A DNA stretch of 64,000 nucleotides. It comes from the human T2T-CHM13v2.0 reference genome, Homo sapiens. Position 1 is the stretch's first letter, and each line of letters opens with the position of its first letter. Both the position numbers and the translations under genes were made by a program. Of this stretch, positions 1-11,700 are shown piece after piece. The DNA lies in NCBI RefSeq assembly GCF_009914755.1, contig NC_060926.1; one strand, given 5' to 3'. The notes beneath the pieces are model-generated. The model was not told the origin of the DNA, searched no databases, and worked only from the letters and a program-made list of their open reading frames with translations.

Positions 1-2330
1 TTTTTTCTGATGATGTCAGCAAATTCTGATCTGCTTCTTAGTGTTGAAAAGGTCAGACTCTTAACCATGGTAGTGAAAAAAAGTCAGAAACATCTGAAGC
101 TGAAGGAATGGAAGAAGGAGACATAAACAGCCTAACTAAAATAGAACAAAATGGTCCATTTTATTGTTAGTTTTAAATAATTATTCTGAAAGGGTGTTAA
201 ATCAATAATCAGTTTTATCCATTATCTAATGCAAAGATTTGAATTGCAGGAAAGTGATTAACAGTAAAAAAAATTGCCCTGTTTTCTTTTACTGTAAGCC
301 AATTCTTGAAAATGTTATTTTCACAAAGTATTTAGATTGCTTGAATTTAGGAGAGCATTGCTGTTTTCTATGAGAATGAATGAACCATTAAAAAGACTAC
401 CCCTGGGATTTTTAACAAAAATCTCATGATTTGTCGCCTTACATATCTGGAAAATGTAAAAACTTGGACAAATCCTTTTTTAGTCAGAAAAAGCCTTTGA
501 AATTACCCGATTTAAACTGTAGACTTAAAGAACACTATTACTAATTCTAACCAGAATCCTCCCTCTCTTATCTGTTGATGCATCCTACCAGGGCTTTCAC
601 AGCAGCAGACAAAGCTGGTCACTCTACAGTGGACACAGACAAGATGGAAGAGCAACCTACATTTGAACCAGGGTGGGAGCAGGCCTCTATGTGTCTCTCA
701 TCTGAATCATGGTCATCTGAATGAGGGAGGATTTCTACAGGCAGGGTTTAGTGTGGCTGTGTCTCCTTTTCCTGATTGGTTAGTTTGGGATCCATGTAAT
801 TGAAAAGAACTGTATTACTCATATGACTTGAGAAGAGAGTCTTGGAAGTGGAATTGTTTGTGTTCATTACCGGGAATCAGTGTTTATGGGGTGGACACTG
901 TGATCCTGTTTGTAGGGGGGTTGAGGGATTTGTTGGCTGACCAAGGAAAAACAGATGACCACAGACGGCAGTAGCACATGTGACCTAGTCTATTGGGTGA
1001 AGCTTTGACAGGTTTACAGCAAGAAGTCCCTCACAGCAGGTGGTAGTCCAGAGAATCAGGTGCCAGGGTTGTTTCTCAAAATGTGCAGGACACTGTAGAA
1101 GGGATATGCATTTAGGGGATGCCACACAGCAGCACAGTGGGGAGTTTCTGTGTCAGAGAGCTACAGAGACCAGTATTAAGTTTAAGGTTTTCATAAACCG
1201 GGGCTTGTCTTACCTACTGCTAGCAGATGTGGGTCAGGCTTTCTGGATATGTAGATTAAGTATTTTCTAAAAGGTTAAAACTATTCTTATTTTTGTGGTT
1301 TTTAAAACAATTACGTTTTAAAATTTGAGTTTGGCACAGGCCATTGAGAAATAAGCCCACAGTTTTGAAATAAACAACATAGCATTCTCATTTATAGATC
1401 CCTGTTGCACATCGTGTAGACTTTGTTCTACAGACTGTATTAGTCCAGACAGTGCAAACCCACACTGTTATGGATGAGGCTGAGACACACAGAGGCCTGT
1501 TCCCTACCTGAGCATCAATGAACCTTCTTTAAATTAAAGGTGAGAGTTTGTCCTTAGATGAGAATTAAGACCAAGTCACCCACAAATGGAGCTTCCATCT
1601 GTGAAGCTACAGGTCCTGTGAATGGATTCCTGGCTCCCAGGCACCTGGGAATGAAGCCGTCTGCGTTGTCTCACTAACTGAAATTGTCCCTCGCTGGAAC
1701 AGAGATTCATGGATAAATATTCTGGAACACAGGGAGAGAGCACAGGGAATGTAGGCTCCTTGAATGTGTGTCTTCTGCTTCTGAGAATCTCTCTCTCCAA
1801 ACATTGAAAGAAACAGCATTGTTTCCATATCAGACTTTTCTGAATCTTCGGACCCTGTTCTAGATCTGTCTCATCTGAACCTGTTTCCAAATGTTTCAAT
1901 TCTGGTCTCTACTTTTTCTTGGAAAAGGTTTTCAGAAATCCTATGAAACTATCCACACAGCTGTGGGATTAAGTGGTGGGCTTCTCCTCTGTGCTTGTTA
2001 ATATCTCTGGAGAATCCACCACACCCACCAACTGCACAAAGTGAAGTTATGAGTCTGTTTTCTTCCTGAGCATTCTGTGTCTCATAAGTTCCCCTCGAAT
2101 TCACATCCTTGAAGAAAGGGGTCTCCGTCCTCAAAAGTAAAACTCTATAAAACCATAGCTTGCCTGAGAAGTTAGTATAATTTTTCTACTCTTTGAATGT
2201 GAAGTTAGCCTTGAGGCCTTATAGTAAAACCTGGTTTACTTGAGAGATGGGAAATGAAGATCCCAAGAAGTTTTTAGAGACTAAATTGGGGATTCTAGCC
2301 ATTTAAACTGTAGTAGAAGCTGCAGTTGAT

Positions 2331-2461
2331 ATAAGAACTTCTATGAATATAACAAGAAAATAAAGTGGAATAACTTATTTCTTGTAACTTAGATAAGAAC
2401 TTCAATGAATATAACAAGAAAATAAAGTGCAATAACTTATTTACTTGTAACTTAGATAAGA
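2331..2461. repeat. Tandem duplication of a 62/63-bp AT-rich unit (2 copies plus a few bases)
   Basis: ATAAGAACTTCTATGAATATAACAAGAAAATAAAGTGGAATAACTTATTTCTTGTAACTTAG at 2331-2392 recurs at 2393-2455 with 2 substitutions and a 1-bp indel. Confidence 0.9.
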
Positions 2462-4279
2462 TAGTTTACCTGTAGAAAAAATGAAAATAGAATTTGTGAG
2501 TTCTCACATCGTTTTTTTCATGTTAAACAATTTTAAGAATCAAGCAAATGTTTATATAAATTATAATTTATAATGTTTAAGACTCTAGAGAAAAATTATG
2601 GTTCAAATCAATCAAACTGAGTTCTAAAGACAGCTGAATTTTTCCTTTAACTGCTTCTTTTCACCTCCTGTTAGCAAAAATCAAAAGTACAGAAAAGGAA
2701 ACAGACAAGAGCTGAATAAAGCATTTAGTGCTCATTTCTTGTCTTATAATAATACTATTAATAATTAATAATAATAATACAGCCTCTGCATTGACAACTG
2801 GAAATAGTGACTCTGCCCTTCTGGAAGCAGCAGCTTCACATCACAGCAGTGAACTTCATTATAACTTGGTGATTCTTGGGCAGGAGCTAAGGATCACCCA
2901 AGTGTAAATGCTCTGTGAAGAGCCAGTTGCCCTTATGTTGGAATACTTCTAGATATTAACTCTTCTAAAATATCTACCAGCAAAAAAAAAAAAAAATGAA
3001 GCATCAGTAATAAAATGAAATAAATTCTGACTTCCCAGGAGCAGTCAAGAATAAAACTATCATGTTTAACAGAGGACTAGAGGCATAATTTCCTGCTAGC
3101 TACTGATTTAGCTGGATCTTACTCATAGTAAATAGTCTTACCTTAGTAAATTAGAAACATCCTCAACCTAGAAAATGGTTTCTTTTGTATTCTGGAATCC
3201 TAGCAGTCCTAGGCAAAAATTAATACTGAAAATAAGAAGGTACACAAATCTGTTATAACAGGAAAACTATTATACAATTATTTGTATAAGGCAAAATAAA
3301 AGGAAGAAACCTATTGACTTATGGAAGATTAAAGCAAATACTTACTAGTCATTAATAGTCCTAATAAGCCATAAAGCAAGAGTAATATCTTTTGTCTCTG
3401 GCTTGTGATGGTATTAAATTTCAAAATAATGATTTTGTTTTGGGTTAAAACTAACTTCATAGGTTTTCTCAGAGTAGGTCATCTTACTCAGAAGTTATAG
3501 AGGAAAATGAAAATAAAGAAAAACCTATTATGAAATTTGCCCCAGGTTAACCTTTGCAGAGAGACTAAGAGAAGGATACCATTTAAATGATCCTATTAAT
3601 AGCATTAAAATATTTAATTTGCTAGGCAAATCTAAAATCAACCTTTTCTCTAGAATTTGAAGGAAGACAATTATATATTTAGAGAATTTGACTTGAGTGT
3701 CCTTGTGAGTGGCTGACAGACAAACAGACCAGATGAATGTTGGTGCAGTAGAATCAAGGACATCACAACATTAAATTTTCCTCATTAGAGAGCAAGTCCA
3801 GATACTGCACCACGACCGGGTCAATGATCAGAAAATTACTTGGGAACTCTTTGTGGCTGCCTAGTCATATTGTGGCTGTGGTTGAGAGGCTGATTTCCCC
3901 TGGCTGGTATTGCCCTGCACCTTGAATCTGGGCATTCGTCTCTACTGCTGCCATCAAATGCCACTAAATGGTGTCCCCATTAATAAGGCCTTTGTAATGT
4001 GTGTAACATAAAGACGGAGTGAATCAGAGTTCAGGATTACAGGAATATTTATTTTATTCCAGTGTTGTTAATATGTGTCTTTGTCTTTCAAAGAAGGAAG
4101 CCACAAATAGGACTTCTTTGGTTTCTGGAGGCTACATATTCTACCCGTTGGAATACAGGTTTGGCCCAGCAGGTGACATGAAAGTCAGCCAGTCGTGAGT
4201 GGGACTCAGGATAGAAAAGGGCTCTGCAGCAGATCCAGGTTGAAGTGCAAACGGCCCAGCCTCTTGGGCCACTGCGGAT

Positions 4280-4940
4280 GCAAACGACTTCAACAATGCT
4301 ATCAACCATCTGGACAAGGCTGATACTTAGAGAACACTCCACCAAACCACAGCAGATTCCATGGTCTTTCAAAACATTGGCTAATGATACACTATATTTT
4401 GGGCAACAAGATATTTCAAAAAAACCAAGCTGATTAAATCAAAAAAATAAATTATTCATAACTGAGGGGATTGTATTAGAAATCAGAAACAGAAAGTTAT
4501 CAGAATGGGGTTGGTGGGAGAAGGAGGAGGAATGAAAAATTACCTATTGGGCACAAGGTACACTGTTCGGGTGATGGGTAGCTAAAGCCCAGAGTTCACT
4601 ACTATACAATTCATCAGTGTAACCAAAAACAACTCTTACCAATAAAGCCACTGAAATTCTAAATTTAATTTTTTAAAAATTTGCCAAAAAGAATCTAAAT
4701 ATTTGGAAAATATGTAAAGTACCACTATATGTAGTTTGGGGCAAAGAAGCAACAAAAAGGGAAATTAAAAAGTACTTGGATCTGAAAGTAAACATCACAT
4801 ATCCAAATTTATGAGATTCAAAAAAATGCAGTTAATTTATAGCATTATGAATGTGTTTTAGCAAAGAAGTTTTCACATCAATCACTGGAAATGTAATCCT
4901 GACAAACTAGGAAAAAAAGAATAAATGCCACTCAAAAGAA
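4280..4940 (+). mobile_element. Ancient, highly decayed LINE-1 (L1M-type) ORF2 endonuclease-region fragment, split by a younger L1 3' end
   Basis: GACTTCAACAATGCTATCAACCATCTGGAC...AGAACACTCCACC...ACAGCAGA...TTAGAAATCAGAAACAGAAAG (4286-4500) and AAATATTTGGAAAA...AGGGAAATTAAAAAGTA...CATATCCAAATTTATGAGAT...AATTTATAGCATT...AAACTAGGAAAAAAAGA (4690-4940) are collinear with the recalled L1M ORF2 5' consensus. There is no intact frame. Confidence 0.7.
4505..4690 (+). mobile_element. Short L1PB (PB3/PB4-like) 3' UTR end with decayed A-tail, nested in the L1M fragment
   Basis: A G-rich tract is followed by ATGAAAAATTACCTATTGGGCACAAGGTACACTGTTCGGGTGATGGGTA...AAAGCCCAGAGTTCACTACTATACAATTCATCAGTGTAACCAAAAAC...AAAGCCACTGAAAT, which matches the recalled L1PB 3' terminus. 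Confidence 0.7.
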
Positions 4941-5742
4941 GGGTCTTTTATTCTTAGAAATGTGAGGATGTGACAAGCACTCATCTAGTATTCCACCAAT
5001 ACAGTCATATCAGTCTCCAAATGAAAACACCATTAGCAGCTGCACAAGAAGAAAGTCTTAGAGTGGACGAGCAGAGTGAGTTACTGCTCAGAGAGAATGA
5101 GGAGTCAGGGAAAGTCAAAATAGGATTCCTGTGTGATATTATTATGAGCTGCACAAACATGAGACTGCCCTGAGCCCTGACTTACTCATAAGCCGAACAT
5201 CATGGAGTGCAGGCCATTTTCCAGCCTCCTGATGGTTGGTGAGAGTGGGGTCACTTGGCAAAGGCATGGAGACTCGCTATGAAGGTCATCAGTGGCAGCA
5301 GGTGAGGACAGGACACACTAGGGTTCCCTTACAGTGACATGACTGAGCATCCCTACAGCCATGAGAACAGCAGGGAACCTTAGGGGCTGCTCCAGGGATG
5401 ATGTGGCAGCAAACCCTGGAGGGTTGGTGGGGCTTCAGCGCCCTACATGTGGAGGAAAGAGGAGGCTTTGGAAGGTGTCCTGGAGGACCCTGGCCCTGTT
5501 CACACAGAAGAGGAGCCTGTGCCTATGACTAAGGCCTCATGGCCTCTTCCTTCCTCAAAGGCTTTCCAGTCATCTCCCTGAGCCCACCTGACTCCAACTG
5601 CTGGAGACACATCCCCTGGCACCGCACCTGCTCCTGCCACACTGAGAGGCTGAACTTACTTTGAGGTTTGTGTTTGGGGCCATCACACTGTTCAGGGACC
5701 CGGTGAGTGTCCTGCTCACAGGAGGCTGTGCAGCATTTCCAG

Positions 5743-6125
5743 GCTCCAAAGTGGTGTTTGTGATGGTGAAATCCCTAGAATTTTGGTTAGATGTGTTTTC
5801 TCACTTGTGAATACCTTCTGTAGACCTGTCATTCTGTGCTTTACAAACTCTTTTCTGTAAACTATCTATTCTTTGTTTTTGGACTTTTGGGTTAAGAATG
5901 TAATTTTAATTGTACTATCTTTAGTCTCCACACTGCTGATTGTGGAAGTGAAATCAACGTATTTTTGGTTGGATGTGTGTTCTCACTCATGAATATGTGT
6001 AGAAAAGTCCTCTGAAGACTTGTCTATCTTTGTATGTGTGACAGATTCTTTCTATATACCATGCCTTCATTATTTATTTATTTTTTGATTTTTCTCCTGG
6101 GGAATACTGTTTTAACTTCACTTAC
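5743..6125. repeat. Old diverged tandem duplication, unit about 182-200 bp
   Basis: GTGAAATC...TTTTGGTTAGATGTGTTTTCTCACTTGTGAATA starts at 5766 and GTGAAATC...TTTTTGGTTGGATGTGTGTTCTCACTCATGAATA starts at 5948 (offset 182). Downstream, CTGTAGACCTGTC aligns with CTGAAGACTTGTC. Confidence 0.65.
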
Positions 6126-6318
6126 CATGGTGTGGATCATCCTAGAATAGACAATCATTTCTGATGGGTTTGATTATTTTAACCAGAAACAAAGGTATTT
6201 TGTCCTATGGGTGCAAACACTTCTATGTGTTGATTATATCACCTCATGAAATGGAACTGATTTGCCCATGATTCGTTCATAAATATTTCTGAAGAATTAT
6301 TTTAAGTGACACCATGCA

Positions 6319-6866
<548 letters not shown>

Positions 6867-8377
6867 TTAATAACATCAGAGAACAGTAGAAGAAATGAGA
6901 ACTAAGTGACCTAAAATTCCAAAGTGAAAAGCATCCCTTCTAGTTTAGCTGATGCTGGCCTGACTCTTTGTCCTCCTGCCATATCTGCCAAGTTTGCATG
7001 TGGACACAGTCTCTCTCTTGGCACAAGCAGAGGAACTCTCCTCAGAAAGGAGAATCAGATTGACCATCAGGAGTTGCACAGAGCAGCCTCTATACATGGC
7101 CCGTGTCCTCCGTAGGGCATTTGCTGAGGTCTGAATCATCAGGCAGGCTGTAGGAGATGGGCTAGAAGAACATAAAACTCCCACGGACTCAGCATGTTCT
7201 TCCAAATCCCCAAAGATGCACAGAGCATCCTGAATACATGTCTGAATCGTGCACATTGACCTCGAACCACACTGATCCCCTGCAAGTGTAGACCCTGCCT
7301 GGCCTTGTGCTCTGCATGTCAGTGGTTGTGACATCTCCAGACCGAACCAGTGGTCTCTGCTAAACCTCCTCTAGGGGCAGAATGAGTTTCAGAAGCTCTG
7401 CTTTGCTGTTGGGATTTGACTTAGGACTGAGTGACATTACCTCAGGTCTCCTTGCACAGGGACTTCACTAAATCTTTGGTGATTACACACCTAAAGCACT
7501 ACTCACGACTTTACTTTCCTGTGAGACTTCCAGTGGCACAGGCTCCACCCAGGAAGCCAGGCAGCAGAGCCTTCAACTCTGTGGTTCTTCACAAGTATCA
7601 TATTTGGCTCCTTTGTGGGTCCACATCAACTGCCATCACCACCACCAACCGCATCCCACCCACCATAACCCAAGGCAGTTTAGTTAAACAATAACTGACC
7701 TCTCCTGTATTCCCCGAATGCTCCCATTCCTGCAGTCTGTCCAGTGTTGAATTCTGCACTATGGGGAACAAAAAGGTTTTTATCATCCTTTACTTTCCCA
7801 GTGATTCATGGAAAATACTACATCTTTAGGATACTACATCTTTCAGGATTTGCTTTTTACTTTTAAAACCAACTTTTAGAATTTCAATTACTCCCTTTTT
7901 CTATCAGCGAGAGACAATTGTAATAAAATAATTTTACTATTAGGATCTTGCATCTGACATGAAATTACAAAATCTATTTGGCATTCACAACCAAGGTGTT
8001 ACTAATTGTCCTCAGCCAGCTCTCCCTGAGGATAACTAGAGGAGAATGCCGTCTCTACTGTCTTACGGAGTGAGCAATAAGTGTTAAATAGAAAAACAGG
8101 GAAGTTGAAAAAGTAGGAAAGCACTTGGATTTGGATAAAACTGAACACAGATTTGCACCCATTATATCTCACACCTTTAACAGGGGCCAAGGCATATCAG
8201 CCTGGTGCAGTAGCAGAGGAAGTGGATTGAACTACATCAGCATCAGTGGGCTTCAGCCTGGGGTTCTGGGGAGTATTACTGATGCCTGACTGGGAGTGGT
8301 CAAATCACTGTGGCGGAGCCCCTGCACACACCCTCCTGTTGCCTATTCAGGGGCCCAAATTTTGAGGAACTTACTCA

Positions 8378-8470
8378 TTTAGAGAGAAAAAGGGAAACTT
8401 CTCATTTGCCCTCTAAAGGTTTGCAGAAAATGAACGGACAAAACGCAAATTAATGGAAGGAAGAGGCAAA
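8378..8470 (-). mobile_element. Probable 3' terminal remnant of a MER4-group (ERV1) LTR
   Basis: The reverse complement TGCCTCTTCCTTCCATTAATTTGCGTTTTGTCCGTTCATTTTCTGCAAACCTTTAGAGGGCAAATGAGAAGTTTCCC resembles the recalled MER4-group U5 end (TGCCTTTTCTCCTATTAATCTGCCTTTTGTCAGTTGATTTTCAGCGAACCTTCAGAGGGCAAAGGGGAAGTTTCCC). Exact family not determined. Confidence 0.5.
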
Positions 8471-8508
8471 AAAAAAAAAAAAATTCTGTAAAATGTAGGG
8501 GAAAAATC

Positions 8509-8649
8509 ACAGGGTCTCACTCGGTTACCCAACATGAAGTGCAGTGGTGTGATCATGGCTCATTGAAAACTTGAATTCTCAAGCACGAGCGATTCTCCCA
8601 CCTCAGCCTATGGAGTAGCTGGGATCACAGGGGCGTGCCACCATGCCCA
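8509..8649 (-). mobile_element. Old Alu right-arm fragment (AluJ/FRAM-like)
   Basis: ACAGGGTCTCACTC...GTGCAGTGGTGTGATCATGGCTCA...GCGATTCTCCCACCTCAGCCT...GAGTAGCTGGGATCACAGG...GTGCCACCATGCCC is an antisense Alu right monomer with J-type features (AGGGTCTCAC, GATCATGGCTCA, CCCACCTCAGCC). The left arm is absent. Confidence 0.85.
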
Positions 8650-8759
8650 CATACATGCATATTTGCTGGAGGGGAGATGGAGACTCTGTCCTGGATGTGA
8701 GACAGGTGGCTGGCATCTGGGTAAGGATGACATTCCTTCATTGCTCAATGACATTCCCT

Positions 8760-11700
8760 CATTCCATTCCATCCCATTCCATTCCATTCCATTCCATTCC
8801 ATTCCATTCCATTCCATTCCATTCCATTCCATTCCATTCCATTCGTGTTGATTCCATTCCATTCCATTCCATTCTATTGCATTCCATTCCATTTCATTCC
8901 ATTCCGTTGCATTCCATTCCATTCTATTCCATTCCATTCCACTCGGGTTGATTCCATTCCATTGCATTTCCTTTCTTCCATTCCATTCCATTCCACTCGT
9001 GATGATAAAATTCCATTCCACTCCCTTCCATTCCATTGCATTCCATTCCTTTCAACTCGGGTTGATTCCATTCCATTCCATTCCATTTCCTTCTATTCCA
9101 TTCCTTTCCACTCGGGTTGATTCCATACAATTCCACTCCTTTCCATTCCATTCCATTCCATTCCATTGCACACAGGTAGATTCCATTCCATTCCATTCCA
9201 TTCCATTCCATTCCATTCCATTCCATTCCATTCCATTCCATTCCATTCCATATCATTCCACTCGGGTTGATTCCATTCCATTCCATTTCATTCCATTCCG
9301 TTCCGTTCTACTGAGGTTGATTAAATTCCATTTCATTCCATTCCATTCCAATAAATTCCATTCAATTCCATTCCATTTCACTCGGGTTGATTCAATTCCA
9401 TTCCATTCCATTCCATTCCATTCCATTCCTTTCCTTTTCATTAAATTCAGGTTGATTCCATTCCATTCGAATCCATTCCATTGCACTCCATTCCATTCCC
9501 TTTCGTTGCACTCAGGTCAATTCTATTCCGTTCTATTCCATTGCATTCCATTCCACTCGGGTTGTTTCCATTCCATCCCTTTCCCTTACATTCCTTTAAG
9601 TTTCTTTCCATTCCATTCCATTCCACTCGGGTTCATTCCACTCCATTCCATTCCATTCCATTCCATTCCATTCCATTCCATTCCATTCCATTCCATATCA
9701 TTCCACTCAGGTTGATTCCATTCCATTCCATTCCATTCCATTCCATTCCATTCCATTCCATTCCATTCCATATCATTCCACTCAGGTTGATTCCATTCCA
9801 TTCCATTTCATTCCATTCCATTCCGTTCTACTGAGGTTGATTAAATTCCATTCCATTCCATTCCATTCCAATAAATTCCATTCAATTCCATTCCATTTCA
9901 CTCGGGTTGATTCAATTCCATTCCATTCTATTCCATTCCATTCCATTCCTTTCCTTTTCATTAAATTCAGGTTGATTCCATTCCATTCGAATCCATTCCA
10001 TTGCACTCCATTCCATTCCCTTTCGTTGCACTCAGGTCAATTCCATTCCGTTCTATTCCATTGCATTCCATTCCACTCGGGTTGTTTCCATTCCATTCCT
10101 TTCCCTTACATTCCTTTAAGTTTCTTTCCATTCCATTCCATTCCACTCGGGTTCATTCCACTCCATTCCATTCCATTCCATTCCATTCCATTCCATTCCA
10201 TTCCATTCCATTCCATTCGTGTTGATTCCATTCAATTCAGTTCCATTGTATTGCATTCCATTCCATTTCATTCCATTCCATTCCATTCCATTCCATTCCA
10301 TTCCATTCCACTCGCTTTTATTAAATTCCTTTCCATTCCATTCTATTCCTTTCCTATCCAATCAATTCCATTCCATTCCATTCCACTCACGTTGATTCCA
10401 TTCCATTCTGTTACATTTCATTCCTTTCCATTCCACTCGGGTTGATTCCATTCCATTCCGTTCCATTTCATTCCATTCCACTCTATTCCATTCCATTCCA
10501 TTCCATTCCATTCCATTCCATTCCATTCCATTCCATTCTAGTCGGGTTGATTCCATTCCATTCCATTCCATTCTATTGCATTACATTCCATTCTATTCCA
10601 TTCAATTCCATTGCATTCCATTCGTGTTGATTCCATTCCAATTCATTCTATTCCATTCCATTCCACTCGGGTTGATTGCATTCCATTCCATTCCATTCCA
10701 TTCCGTTCCGTTCCATTCCATTCCATTCCATTCCATTCCATTCCATTTCGTTCCATTCCATTTCGTTCCGTTTCATTTCTTTCCATTCCCTTCCTATTGA
10801 TTCCATTCCATTGCTTACAAATCATTTACTTTCCATTCCATTCATTCCATTCAATTACACTCGGGTTGATTCTATTCCATTCCATTCCATTCCGTTCCAT
10901 TCCATTCCATTCCTTTCCATTCCACTCGCGGTTATCCAATTCCTTTCCATTCAATTCTATTCCATTCCTATCCATATCGTTCCATTCCTTTCAATTCTAT
11001 TCCATTCCATTCCACTCACGTTGATTCCATTCCATTCAGTTCCATTTCATTCCATTCCATTCCATTCCATTCCATTCCATTCCCTTCCATTCCATTCCAT
11101 TCCATTCCACTCAGGTTGATTCCATTGCATTCCACTCCATTCCGTTCCATTGCATTGCATTCCAATTGATTCGATTCCATTGCTTTCCATTCCACTGGGG
11201 TTGATTCCATTCCATTCCATTCCAATCCATTCCATTCCATTCCAGTCCATTCCATTCCAGTTGATTCCACTCGGGTTGATTCGATTCTGTTGAATTCCAT
11301 TCCATTCCATTCCATTCCATTCCATTCCATTCCATTCCATTCCATTCCATTCCATTCCATTCCACTCTGGTTGATTCCATTCCTTTTCATTCCATTCCAT
11401 TCCATTCCATTCGGGTTGTTTCCATTCCATGCCATTCCATTCTATACCATTCCCTTTCATTCCATTCCTTTCAATTCCATTCCATTCCATTCCATTCCAT
11501 TCCATTCCATTCCATTCCATTCCATTCAATTAGATTCCATTCTATTCAATTCCATTCGATTCTATTCTACTGACGTTGATTCCTTTCCATTCCATTTCAT
11601 TTCATTCCATTCCATTCTATTCCATTTCAAACCATTCCAATCCATTCCATTCCATTCCATTCCATTCAATTCCATTCCTTTCTATTGCATTCCACTCGTG

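Noticed and set aside
700-1320. Possible old LTR fragment (TGATTGGTT CCAAT-like motif, G-rich stretch)
   Set aside because: I could not match it to a consensus or define termini; it needs a Dfam search.
2982-2996. Poly(A) run as the tail of a processed pseudogene or retroelement
   Set aside because: No recognisable upstream element, polyadenylation signal or target-site duplication.
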